Assembly (NCBI RefSeq): GCF_000145295.1
Contig: NC_014408.1
Span: forward strand, 780,001-812,000
Length of the DNA stretch: 32,000 nucleotides
Reading direction: 5' to 3'
Origin: Methanothermobacter marburgensis str. Marburg
GTDB taxonomy: Archaea; Methanobacteriota; Methanobacteria; Methanobacteriales; Methanothermobacteraceae
Position 1 is the stretch's first letter, and each line of letters opens with the position of its first letter. The notes under the pieces were generated by a model. That model was not told the DNA's origin, searched no databases, and worked only from the letters and a program-made list of their open reading frames with translations. Shown here piece by piece: positions 1 to 10,000 of the stretch. Both the position numbers and the translations under genes were made by a program.

Positions 1-265
1 GCTTCTCAATGCAGCCATATGGACAGGTCAATACAAGATTCCCTTCATCCTCAAAGTCTATGAGGTACATGAGGGGGATCCCCGTGTCTCCAGGACCCCA
101 AGCCCCCACCCTCTGGGGGGTTGTGTATATGAGGATCAGGTCATGTTCAGTTTTCCTGGCATCTTTAAGATCTGTGGCCACATCCACACTGAAACCATGG
201 CGCCTCAGTTTTTCCTCTAAGTCAGGAGCACTATCAATATCCTTAACGAGAAGAATCCTGAACAT
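1..265 (-). CDS. Partial CDS (N-terminal part; continues past the left edge): small receiver-like (CheY-fold-like) protein of unknown function
   Basis: Absent from the ORF track because it runs off the window. Reverse-strand ATG at 265-263 follows a GAGGTGA Shine-Dalgarno sequence. The translation MFRILLVKDIDSAPDLEEKLRRHGFSVDVATDLKDARKTEHDLILIY... has the receiver-domain beta/alpha spacing. It lacks the canonical acidic pair (VKD instead of DD). Confidence 0.45.
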   Translation of the reverse strand, partial: MFRILLVKDIDSAPDLEEKLRRHGFSVDVATDLKDARKTEHDLILIYTTPQRVGAWGPGDTGIPLMYLIDFEDEGNLVLTCPYGCIEK

Positions 266-300
266 TCACCTCAGCCCCTGTACTAATTATATTTTCATCC

Positions 301-977
301 TCACCCTCTGAATAGCTTTTTGGTCCCCATCTCAGGGTTTGAGGCGATACGCTGCAGGTCGCCTCCGGGGATGTTCACCATGACATCCCCCTAACCACAT
401 GCACCTCCTTGAGCCCACATCCCCGAATCCATAGGTCACCTTACCTGTGAGGTAGGGGGAGTGATGCCATTGAGCTGCATATGGGTCCTGAGTCGGCCCC
501 GAGGCCATGTGAACCTGAGTCATAGGCGTTGGCATGGAGGACCTCCATTGCCTGCCTGGCATTGCAGAGGATGAATATAACGTCTGGCTCATATTCAGCA
601 AGTTGAAGGGGGGCAAATATAAGGGCACTGAAGACCCCCGGTTCAATGTTCAGGTTATCCCCTCCATGAGCGCTGCACCGCCGGTATGTTCCTGTAGACC
701 TCCATGGGCACAGGGAAAGCGCCGCTTCGCATGTTAGCTGGGAATTCGGATGGATCCCTCAGGCCAGTGTACCTCGCACCCCCCATGCACTCCTCCTCAT
801 CCCTGGTCGCATAGAAGACCTCCCCATTCATTGCCTTCACGAGTTTTTCACAGAACCTTGATTTACCATTCTCCCTTTCAATGTTTGCTGGCTCCCTGAC
901 GGACCATTTTATGGCCACAGGTTCATTTTCAAGTTTTAAGACTTCCTTAAGTTTTTCCCCAGTTCCTTAGTATCCAA
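301..977 (-). pseudogene. DUF169-family (COG2043-like) gene degraded by at least 4 frameshifts
   Basis: ORFs 655..918 and 332..646 plus two further frames can be chained into one DUF169-like protein. The pieces are (TTG)DTKELG / EKLKEVLKLENEPVAIKWSVREPANIE...CMGGARYTGL... / GDNLNIEPGVFSALIFAPLQLAEYEPDVIFILCNARQAMEVLHANAYDSGSHGLGADSGPICSSMAS / PYLTGKVTYGFGDVGSRR / DVMVNIPGGDLQRIASNPEMGTKKLFRG*. Each frame switch sits at a short G/C or A run (about 952-960, 659-662, 455-459, 387-391). Confidence 0.6.
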
Positions 978-1179
978 TAAAACCCGCTATTATCACGTAT
1001 TTAATTTGTTTTTGAATAATCGTTTCCTGGGATACTGCGTTCTGAAAATTTAGATGCGAGGTCCAGTTGTGACGACACAGTAGTTGAAATAGTAGTTTTT
1101 GTGTATGGACCTTTCTAAAGTGTTTAAGGCTTCTTCTAGTTTTTAGTGATTCAGATACTTATCAGGCTAAAATAAGCAC

Positions 1180-2037
1180 TTAACCGATAAGTTTCTTTTT
1201 CAGTTTTTTGAATTCTTCTTCTGTGAGTATTCCGCTTTCTACCAGTTCGCTGGCCTTTTTTATCTCATCCACAACGCTTATTGTGGGGGTGGAGGATGTT
1301 CCACTTTTTAATTTTTCTATTCTCTCTTTTATTTTAAGGGCGATTTTATATTCTTTTTCTCCATCAAATGTGACCGTATTCTCATCATTGGTTGAAGATA
1401 CACCACCACCAGTTTTCTCGAACCCCCCAGGTACTGTAAACTGGATGTATCCAACGGTGAATCCTGGTTTTTTTATTTCGACACCTGTAATATCTTGCAA
1501 GTATATTGTTTTTGTCCCTTTGGTTAAACTTCCATAGAAAAGGATTGACTTAAGGCCCTCTCTTTTTATCTCGACACGGTTATCATAAAGTTCAACCTGT
1601 CCGTTCCTGCCATCTAAGAAAAAAAGAGGCCTTGTGGTTTTTTGTTCGTATTCAGTTTCTAAAGGATCTGCGCTGCTATCCTCCAAATCAGGATTTTTTG
1701 GAGGTAGAAGAAGTTCTTCTGCCCTATCTAGATACTCTCTTCTGAGGTTGTATACTCTGAATTTGCCATTGTAGGTAAAGGTAAGCTGTGATAGTATCCT
1801 TCCAATTTTAACATCCTCCATATTACTTCTCAGAAAAACTTCCTTTTTTCCACTTTTTTCACCGGTTAGATTTCTCTTATGTACTATTACAGCATCCCTT
1901 GTTATTTCAATATCATCACCACCAGAGGGTGCTTCAAAGTATACCAGGATGTTCTGAAGATCCTTTCCGCAGTTTGTGCAAAATTTGACAGCTTCAGCAT
2001 TTGTAAAATAACAGTCTGGACATCTTTTTCCAGTCAT
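1180..2037 (-). CDS. Zinc-ribbon / PH-like (DUF4429-like) repeat / SHOCT-domain protein
   Basis: 285-aa ORF with a GGAGGT SD 7 nt upstream of the ATG at 2037. It has an N-terminal CPDC..(x13)..CTNCG zinc ribbon. Two beta-rich PH-like modules follow (..GQVELYDNRVEIKREG..., ..GYIQFTVPGG..TVTFDG..). The C-terminus is SHOCT-like (ELVESGILTEEEFKKLKKKLIG). Confidence 0.8.
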   Translation of the reverse strand: MTGKRCPDCYFTNAEAVKFCTNCGKDLQNILVYFEAPSGGDDIEITRDAVIVHKRNLTGEKSGKKEVFLRSNMEDVKIGRILSQLTFTYNGKFRVYNLRREYLDRAEELLLPPKNPDLEDSSADPLETEYEQKTTRPLFFLDGRNGQVELYDNRVEIKREGLKSILFYGSLTKGTKTIYLQDITGVEIKKPGFTVGYIQFTVPGGFEKTGGGVSSTNDENTVTFDGEKEYKIALKIKERIEKLKSGTSSTPTISVVDEIKKASELVESGILTEEEFKKLKKKLIG

Positions 2038-2253
2038 TTGAATACCTCCATGCTATGCATGTCATATTAATGTGATAAATCTATTAAAATCTTATTAAAA
2101 ACTTCAAATATCAAGATTTAAAAGAGAAATATTGAATTTATGTGGCCATTATTTATCGTAGGTAGGATATTCGTAAATCAATTGTCTCTTTTATCTGCTG
2201 AAAAAAACCCCTTGAAATCATGGAATACATCAAATAGGGGGGCCATGATAAAG

Positions 2254-2261
2254 TTTATATA
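2254..2261 (+). promoter_or_regulatory. Archaeal TATA box (TTTATATA) for the zinc-ribbon/M48 operon
   Basis: Perfect TTTATATA about 50 nt upstream of the ATG at 2312, in an AT-rich divergent intergenic region. A GGGGAGGTG SD lies just before the start codon. Confidence 0.45.
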
Positions 2262-2311
2262 TTTTGGAGGTTACTATGAATTATAAACTGAATATTGAAG
2301 GGGAGGTGTAG

Positions 2312-3064
2312 ATGGCTAATGGAAACTCTGAATCAAGCAATACACTTTATTGCATGGAATGCAGGGAGAAAATTCCGGATGGTTTTAAATTCTGCACCAG
2401 TTGTGGAGCCCCAGTTGTAAAAAATAGGGGTCTACACATTGAGGGGGAGCAGATTGCATCACACGATAATATTAAGATCTGCCCCGAATGTGGCTATAAG
2501 CTAACCCTTCAATCACGTTTCTGCACAAACTGCGGAAATAGGATCGGTACCCTGATGGTAGCCTCTAGTTGTCCCCATTGCGGTACAGATGCCAAACCCG
2601 GGCAACAGTTCTGCATTGAATGTGGCGAATCATTAGTTAAGGCGGGACCTACATCTGAGGATATAAGCAAAGCCCTGGCAATAAAAAAATCAGAAAAAGA
2701 GGAATGTGGCGAATCATTAGTTAAGGCGGGACCTACATCTGAGGATATAAGCAAAGCCCTGGCAATAAAAAAATCAAAATCAGAAAACAAAGAAGAATCG
2801 AATTATGAGAATAAACTCAAACATGAAGTCTATAAACTGGAATCCAGATTTTTTAATACCTTTGATGAGATTATTGATTCTGCAGACACTCTCCTTAAGG
2901 GAATAATTTCTAAAAGAAATTCCTTAAGGGAAAATGAATGCGGTTATATCGTGTGCGATACATGTAACAGGTACTACAAACTCAGACCATGGGATGATCC
3001 TCAGGAATTCTTAAAAAAATGTGAATGTGGCGGAACCCTCATTTTCATGGAAGAACTAAGGTGA
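2312..3064 (+). CDS. Multi-zinc-ribbon (DZR-like) protein with an internal 28-aa duplication
   Basis: 250-aa ORF with a strong SD. It carries four CxxC...CxxC ribbons: CMEC..CTSCG, CPEC..CTNCG, CPHC..CIECG, CDTC..CECGG. The central linker is lysine/glutamate-rich. Confidence 0.8.
   Translation: MANGNSESSNTLYCMECREKIPDGFKFCTSCGAPVVKNRGLHIEGEQIASHDNIKICPECGYKLTLQSRFCTNCGNRIGTLMVASSCPHCGTDAKPGQQFCIECGESLVKAGPTSEDISKALAIKKSEKEECGESLVKAGPTSEDISKALAIKKSKSENKEESNYENKLKHEVYKLESRFFNTFDEIIDSADTLLKGIISKRNSLRENECGYIVCDTCNRYYKLRPWDDPQEFLKKCECGGTLIFMEELR
2618..2785 (+). repeat. In-frame tandem duplication, period 84 bp, 75 bp perfectly identical (2618-2692 = 2702-2776)
   Basis: Direct reading of the sequence. 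gaatgtggcgaatcattagttaaggcgggacctacatctgaggatataagcaaagccctggcaataaaaaaatca occurs twice. It encodes ECGESLVKAGPTSEDISKALAIKKS twice. Confidence 0.95.
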
Positions 3065-3068
3065 TATA

Positions 3069-4007
3069 ATGGCTGGTGAAATAAAAAAGCTTAAATTTCT
3101 CCATCCCAGTGAATATGAGCACCCACTGGACCGAGAGGCGCTTCAAACCCTTGAAGGAACGCCTGGACTTGAAACGTTGACGCGTAAGCTATTCAAGCAT
3201 GGTGTGGAGAGATACTATCGATTGCAGTACACTGGAAGCTACATAAAGGCCAATGAGAACCACTTTTCTGAGGTTCATGATATTCTTGTTGATGTCTGTA
3301 ACACCCTTCACCTAAAAAAGATACCTGAACTTTATATAGAATGGGATTATAGGGTTAATGGACGTACCATAGGATCAGAAAACCCAATAATCATCTTAAA
3401 GTCAGGTGCCATCGATTTACTCACAGAAGATGAACTGCGATATGTAATTGGTCATGAGGTTGGCCATATCAAAAGTGGCCATATGCTGTACCATATCATG
3501 GCAGAGGTTATACCCATAGCGGGTGACATCATTGGCACTGCTACACTGGGAATAGGTGGACTCATAAGTACCGGCCTTGAACTGGCACTCCTCTACTGGA
3601 ATAGAATGTCAGAATTCACCGCTGACAGGGCAGGACTCCTGGCATGTCAAAATGAAGATGCTGCCATAAACGCCATGATTAAAATGGCGGGAGCACCTAA
3701 AACGTTTTTCGACAGGATCGACAGAGATCAATTCATTGAACAGGCAAGGGAGTTTAAGGGGTATGATTATGATAACCTTGATAAGGTAGGGAAAACCGTC
3801 CTCATCATGGGATCAACACACCCCTGGACTGTTATGAGGGCATCGGAAATCCTTGATTGGGTTGAATCAGGAGCATACAGTGAAATTATAGAAAAACACA
3901 CTGGTTCACAATTAGAAATCGATTTAAAGTGTCATAAATGCGGAACAGCTCTAACAGGTGATGAGAACTTCTGTGGGATCTGCGGATCAAGGTTGTGGGG
4001 TAGGTGA
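3069..4007 (+). CDS. M48-family (HtpX/Ste24-like) zinc metalloprotease with C-terminal zinc ribbon
   Basis: 312-aa ORF. Its ATG lies 4 nt after the upstream stop, with an AGGTGAT SD inside the upstream gene (translational coupling). The HEVGH (HExxH) motif is followed by two hydrophobic helices and EFTADR (third-ligand Glu). The C-terminus carries a CHKCG..(x11)..CGICG ribbon. Confidence 0.85.
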   Translation: MAGEIKKLKFLHPSEYEHPLDREALQTLEGTPGLETLTRKLFKHGVERYYRLQYTGSYIKANENHFSEVHDILVDVCNTLHLKKIPELYIEWDYRVNGRTIGSENPIIILKSGAIDLLTEDELRYVIGHEVGHIKSGHMLYHIMAEVIPIAGDIIGTATLGIGGLISTGLELALLYWNRMSEFTADRAGLLACQNEDAAINAMIKMAGAPKTFFDRIDRDQFIEQAREFKGYDYDNLDKVGKTVLIMGSTHPWTVMRASEILDWVESGAYSEIIEKHTGSQLEIDLKCHKCGTALTGDENFCGICGSRLWGR

Positions 4008-4011
4008 GCCC

Positions 4012-7000
4012 TCATGTATTCCTCCTTCTAAGGGCCCCATAAACCCCAATTATGAGCACTGATACCAGGAGAGACACCGCAAGCCATGTGTAGTCATATC
4101 CTCCCCTCATACCTGTGGGTGTCACGTTAACCATTTCAGCGGGCGGTACCACAGCCCTTGAGGGGACCTCACTCAAAGCACCTGAAACAGTGTACACAGC
4201 TGTTACAGCTGCAGTCTCCCTGACACCGCCGTGTTCACCCTCCTCAGGTGGCTTCACCGGTGAAACCCCCTGTATCATGAAGATAACTGTACTGTAGACC
4301 ACGTTCACTCCATCTGTGGCCCTCACAACCAGTGTGTAAACACCCGGTGAACTTACCGGGCCCCCTGTGTAGAGTTTGCCGTTGAGTGTTGCGAACCACC
4401 CTTCAAGGTTGTCATCGGCAACTGATATGAGGGGTTTAACTGTACCGGTGTACCTTCCACCACCTGATACTCCTGTAACCCTGATAACAGGTGCCCTGCC
4501 ATCGTATTTGTAGGTTGAACCGTACTGGTCTATGAGTATGCTGAAGAATTTATATACACCCGGGGTGATGTTACCGGTCCACTCTGAACCTGAGATGGGG
4601 TTTCCATCCTCATCGAGGACCTCAACGGTTATCCTGTAACTGTCTGTGTCAACCCCGAAGGCCTGTATCCTGAGCTCCCCTATACCTGCCGGTATCAACA
4701 TGACCTGGGGTTCACTGTAGGGGCTGTTGTAGAATGCGCTGGCACCGAAGTCGTTGACTATTCTCTGACCCTCAGGGCGTGTGGGGTCATATCCTATCCT
4801 GCGGCCGTCAGGCGCTGTTACGAGGAGTGCCACCGGTGAATGCGCTCCAATATATATGCTTGAGGGTTTACCTGCCGTACCCACCTTTATCAGCGGCAAG
4901 AGGTTCATTATGTCTGCAGTGGATGTTAGAACCTCTGGAATGAAGTTACTGCTTCTTTTGAGGTAATCCGTCGCACGAATCTCATAACTGGCTATTGCTT
5001 TATCCCATGATTCCCTGTCTGAGGTGGGCCAGTTTCTGACTATTCTTCCTATTTTAACCATAGCATCGTAGAAGTTTCCACCTGAAGCGTACCATAGCCT
5101 TGATGCCAGAGCTGGAAGTGATGTATCATAGACCGTGACACTGTCTGAGGGTATTAACTTGAAGGTGTTAACATGACCCAGCCATGCACTATAGAAGCTG
5201 TCCTCTGCATTGGCATATGCAAGGGCAACATGTGTTGATGCATGTACATCATCCCATCTGGTGAACTTTGTTGCAAGGGCGAAGAAGACCTTGAATGTTG
5301 TTATCACCACCATACCATATGGGTTCTTTGAGATTACTTCAAATACCTTATCTCTTATTATATTAAATGACTGGACCCCAATGTGCTTGATGACCTTTAA
5401 AGCGATCTCATTCTGGATGCTGTTTATATCGGCGGATAGCATATCCTCTATTGCCTCATGGGTGCTTCCATAAGTGTATGGCAGGATGGCTTCCAGCTGG
5501 GGCCTGTAGGCTTCTGTAACCCTGAGTTGCCACATGCATTTAAATAGAAACTCCCAGAGCTCCCTCTGAAACTGCAGTTCTCCAGTTACCAGCTCCGCTA
5601 TCTTAAGAACATCCTTAACCACCGTGGCCTGGAATGGTTTGCCTGCCTTCTCTGCCTGCATCTTTCTGAGCTTTTCAACAAGATCATTTACCTTGCTGGA
5701 ACCTGAAATGCCCATTGAGAACCATGATAGGGCTTGCTGGACTCCTGTGAGTGTGGTGGCGGTTGATCCATCACCCAGGATCATTGCGATCATATCCTTT
5801 ATGACGTCCTCATCATCTGGGATGGGGGCAGGGTTTGAGAAGAGGTAGCTGAGGAATCTGAGGGCCTCACCACTCCATGTATCTGCCCTGTCCTCAACCC
5901 ATTCGGTCAGTGAGTCGCTTACAAGTTCAGAGTATCCTGGTATGAATTTGCTGTAGAATGCCTTCCTCTCGGCTGCCTGAAATATCGTATATGCAAGGTC
6001 AGGGTCCCCCAATTCATAGTAATTGTCTCCAACCTTCTTCAGGACATGTATCTGAAGCAGAGTTCCATATGTTGATTGAAGCGCTGATCCTGAGGGGAGA
6101 TATGAGGGTGAGCCACCACTTCCTGCCGCCCAGAGGAGGAATATGCAGTAGTCCTCTCCGTTGTACCTGATGGTCTGCCATATTCTTGCCTCACCAATTC
6201 TTGTTTGGAATTCCCATCTGTAGGGATCTGGTTTTGGAAGTATTCTACCGTAAATTGTCCTTATATCTGATCCAATATATCCAAGGTAGTTCCTGAGACC
6301 TCCAAGTTCCTCTATGGGCGTGAAGTATCCTTTATTCGTTGAGGTGTCATAATATGCTGTACCATTTATTATTCCTCCCTGAGGGGTTCTTATCTGGAGG
6401 GTGTTGCCTGTGAAATTTCTAGGATCTAGTGGAACCTTGAAGTGGGCCCATATAGTGGGTCTAAGCGGAACATTTTCTTCTCTTGGGGATGGGTAAACAC
6501 TATCCACAACTGATTTGATGAATTCAACATTGTCTATCTTTGAGGATACAGATACCGTTTTTTTCAACACAGAGCTCCAGTCTCTTATACTGCCCTGGAA
6601 CCAGTTAACTGTCTCCCAGACAAATATAACTCTTATATGACCCCTGTTGAGTCCATGGGGTATCTTTAGAATGTAATTATTCCATAACCTTCCATCTGCG
6701 CCTCTGGCTGACGCTACACTGTCGTGGACTATTCCACCCCAGTTCACCCAGGGCGCCTCGTGTTTTGCGTAAAGTATTGCAGGGGGATTCAGGGCGCTAA
6801 GGAGATCAAAGCCCAGTATACCTGCGGTTCCATTTACCAGGAGACTGTATCCACGGCCATCATCAAAGTATGCCAGTATGGCACCACCCCATCCCCAGTT
6901 AATATTTGTTTCAACAGATATGTCAGTCATCCAGAGTGAGAGGAACTCTGCGCCGCTTGCATCAACGAATGGTGTTTCCGCGACGGTGAATGAGAGCTGC

Positions 7001-10000
7001 CCCCCCATTGGAAGAAATCTGTTTGATGATCTTTCATTGCTTGTTGTAAGAAGAGCTTTACTGGGTCCATCCATGTCACAGTAACCATAGAGGGCACTGC
7101 TTCCAGGGAGGAACCTGCTTGATGGGTCTATTCGCAGCTGATGTGTGTGGTTTCCTGAGTAAACCATGATGTCCGGTATGTACTCATACCTTGGAGTAAC
7201 TGAGGAAAGGTTCACAGGCACCCTCTCAAGGTGATAGAAGCCTGTTTCAAGGGTGTTTCTGTAGCCCCTTCTATCAATGACAGTTAAACTTACCGTATGC
7301 GGACCTTCACTGAACTGCCTCTTTATAATGTATTTGAGGGTACACTGATAGAGCTCCGGCCCGATATTTACATTTGGGATTGAATCTATCTCCTTCCCAT
7401 CGATTTCAAGTATGAATTTATCGAAACCCCCATCTGAGTTTTCCTGAACATTAAATATCATTGTGAGGGTCTCATTTTCACCGGAAGTCATGCCCATGTC
7501 TATCTCAGTTATATCTGGTATGGCTGTTATGGTTGAGAAATGGATCTCATCACTTGCCTCATTCCCTGCCCTGTCCCTCACTGTAACCTTCAGAACATGC
7601 AGACCAGAGTTAAGGTATTCGTAGGGTACGGGGTTGTACCCAACAAGAACGCTTCCAAGGGATGCGAGGTAATCATATCCATATGGTGTGTTCCCACTCA
7701 CAACATCTATATAGGTTCTCTCACTGTAGATGAGTCTGTCTGTGATGTTCTGACCGTCCAGCAACACCTCCAGGTTTGCAGGGTTGGGGGCAGGGTACTT
7801 CCTTGACTTATGCATTAGATAGGCCCTTGCAAGACCTGAGCATGTGTTATCGATCAACCTGAAACTAAGGAATGTACCTGGACGTGTCGTATCGTTCTCC
7901 CGTGGGTTGATGAATTTTATAACGGGTTTTATGGTATCTACCAGTATTTTATGGGCTACGGTTCTGCTGTTGCCCAGTGTATCCGTGAGGTTGAAGAGAA
8001 GGGTGTAGTAGCCGTCTGATGGAACTTCCATATTTACATGGAAACTTGTGGATGAGAAGCTGTAACTCACAGTGCCAGCTGAGGACGTCACATTGAAGCC
8101 CCCGATTCCAGCGGGATCTGAAAGGAAGCCTGTTATCTCAGGGTACCTTGTGTTGAAAATGTCCGGTCCGGATATGGTAATTGATGGGCCGGTGCTGTCT
8201 ATAACCGTTGAGAAATAAACTATGTTTGAAAAATAACCATCCATCCCCACGCCCACCATATGGAAAGATACTGGACCATCAGGGAGCCTGATATTATTTA
8301 CAGATCCATCCCAGCACTTTGTGATATTTTCATTAAAAGTCCCAATGTTAAGGGGTCCCTCATTGAAGTAGAGATAGACACTACTCAATGGTTCAGTGAT
8401 ATTAGCAAATATATTCATGAACCCGTGGATGGGTGAAAATACAGGGGATACGGAGGCATTGTATATCCGTGGCCCATCCTGATTGCTAATACATATCTTC
8501 CACTCATAGTCTGAGTAGAGTCCCTGAAGGTCAAATGCCCTTACCTTGATGGTGTGCCAGCCATCTGATAGTGGCCATCTTCCTGGTTCTGCTGTGACTT
8601 CAGACATTATCTGCCAGCTACCTGTTAGAATATTGCCTGTTACAGTCCCTGGAATTACAACTCCATCAAAAGTTATGTCAGAGTAATCAGAGAGACCGTT
8701 ACCAGGGTCATTGATTAATGTGGCTTTTATGGTTAGGGAGGATGGTTTTCTGAAAAAGCTTCCATCGGCTGGGGTTACAGATGTAATAACTGGTGGATTA
8801 CTTGTTGGTGGCAGGTACTGGAATGTCCAGGTCGCTGTTACCTCACCTGGCACCTCAACCCTGGCTGTGCAGGGGCCCCTGGGGGGCATTGAGGAGGGTG
8901 TGAATATCAGCCAGTCCCCTGTCCATGAGAGTATCCCCGGGAGTGGTGTCCCTGTGGGGGCTGTTCCAGGGTAGAGGTTCAGTGTGGCTGCAGCACCATC
9001 CCTTCCACCGAAGAGCCTCACACCCACACTCTGAAGTTCCCTGAGGACCTCACCTGGTGAGGGGTACCTGTCCATTACGAAGGTCCTGAAGACAACATCC
9101 TGGTGGAGGTGCTCCCCATTTCCAAGGAAGAAGTAGACAGACTCTGCCCAGCCACTCACATAGGCTGTAAGTACATGGTAGCCTGGTATGATATCGGTGA
9201 ACTCGAATCTGCCATCGGGGCCCGTGATCATGCTGGCACCATCAAGGAACACCTCACCCTGGAGGAGCCCGGCCCAGCAGAGTATCTGGCCCTCAACCAT
9301 CGTTGATAGGAGTGGCTGAAGCACCTGATCGTGTTCGATATCCTCTCCAGGTCCAGGGAAGAACCAGAGGTCCCTTACAGGGACGTAAGAGGGCTTTTCA
9401 AAGTCCAGGGTGTAGGTTCTCCATGGGTACAGTGACTGGAAGCTGTATGATCCATCTGAACCTGTGAGCACTTCAATTTCAAGGTCAACAAATTCACCGA
9501 TGTAACGTCTGAGGGTCACGGTGACGCCCCCCAGGGGAAGGCCGGTTATGGCATCTCTTACTGTACCATGGATGCCTGAGTATGGACCAGGATACAGTAT
9601 GATCTCCCTGAATAGGGCTGAGGTTTCCTGGAGGTTAACTTCTTCTGATGCAGGCTCATACGGGTGTAATCCTGCTGTAAGGTTATATGATCCTGATGTG
9701 GGGGCGGCTATCTCATATCTTCCCTCAGAGTCTGTGGTGGTGGATGCAACTGATGTGCCATCCATTAAAAGTTCCACAATAGCCCCTTCCAGAGGTGAGG
9801 GGTCCCTGTCAAGGTTCGCATGGAGCACCCGGCCATAAACGGAGTTTTTAATGTGCAGTTCAAAGTCCACAGGGATTATGAGGTTGGGTGCAACCGTTGT
9901 GGCCTTACTCACGGTTATATGGCTGGGGCTGGAGGTTGTGAAGAGGTAGTTCCCGGCTGGAAGGTCGAAGCTGTAGAAGCCGCTGGAATCTGTAATGTTT

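Noticed and set aside
9-311. 100-aa plus-strand ORF at the left edge
   Set aside because: The opposite strand has an SD-preceded ATG and a receiver-like translation. The plus-strand product has no motifs and a skewed composition.
1059-1112. Inverted repeat AGGTCCA...TGGACCT with an inner TGTG-acga-CACA hairpin in the 260-bp gap between the DUF169 relic and the SHOCT gene; possible small RNA
   Set aside because: The stems are short (7 and 4 bp), the loop is long, and there is no promoter or terminator framing or recognisable RNA family. The evidence is insufficient.
2276-2311. 11-codon upstream ORF (MNYKLNIEGEV*) with its own GGAGGT SD, stop abutting the main ATG at 2312
   Set aside because: The TATA box at 2254-2261 would place the transcription start near or after this ATG. 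There is no way to test conservation here. It is kept only as a note.
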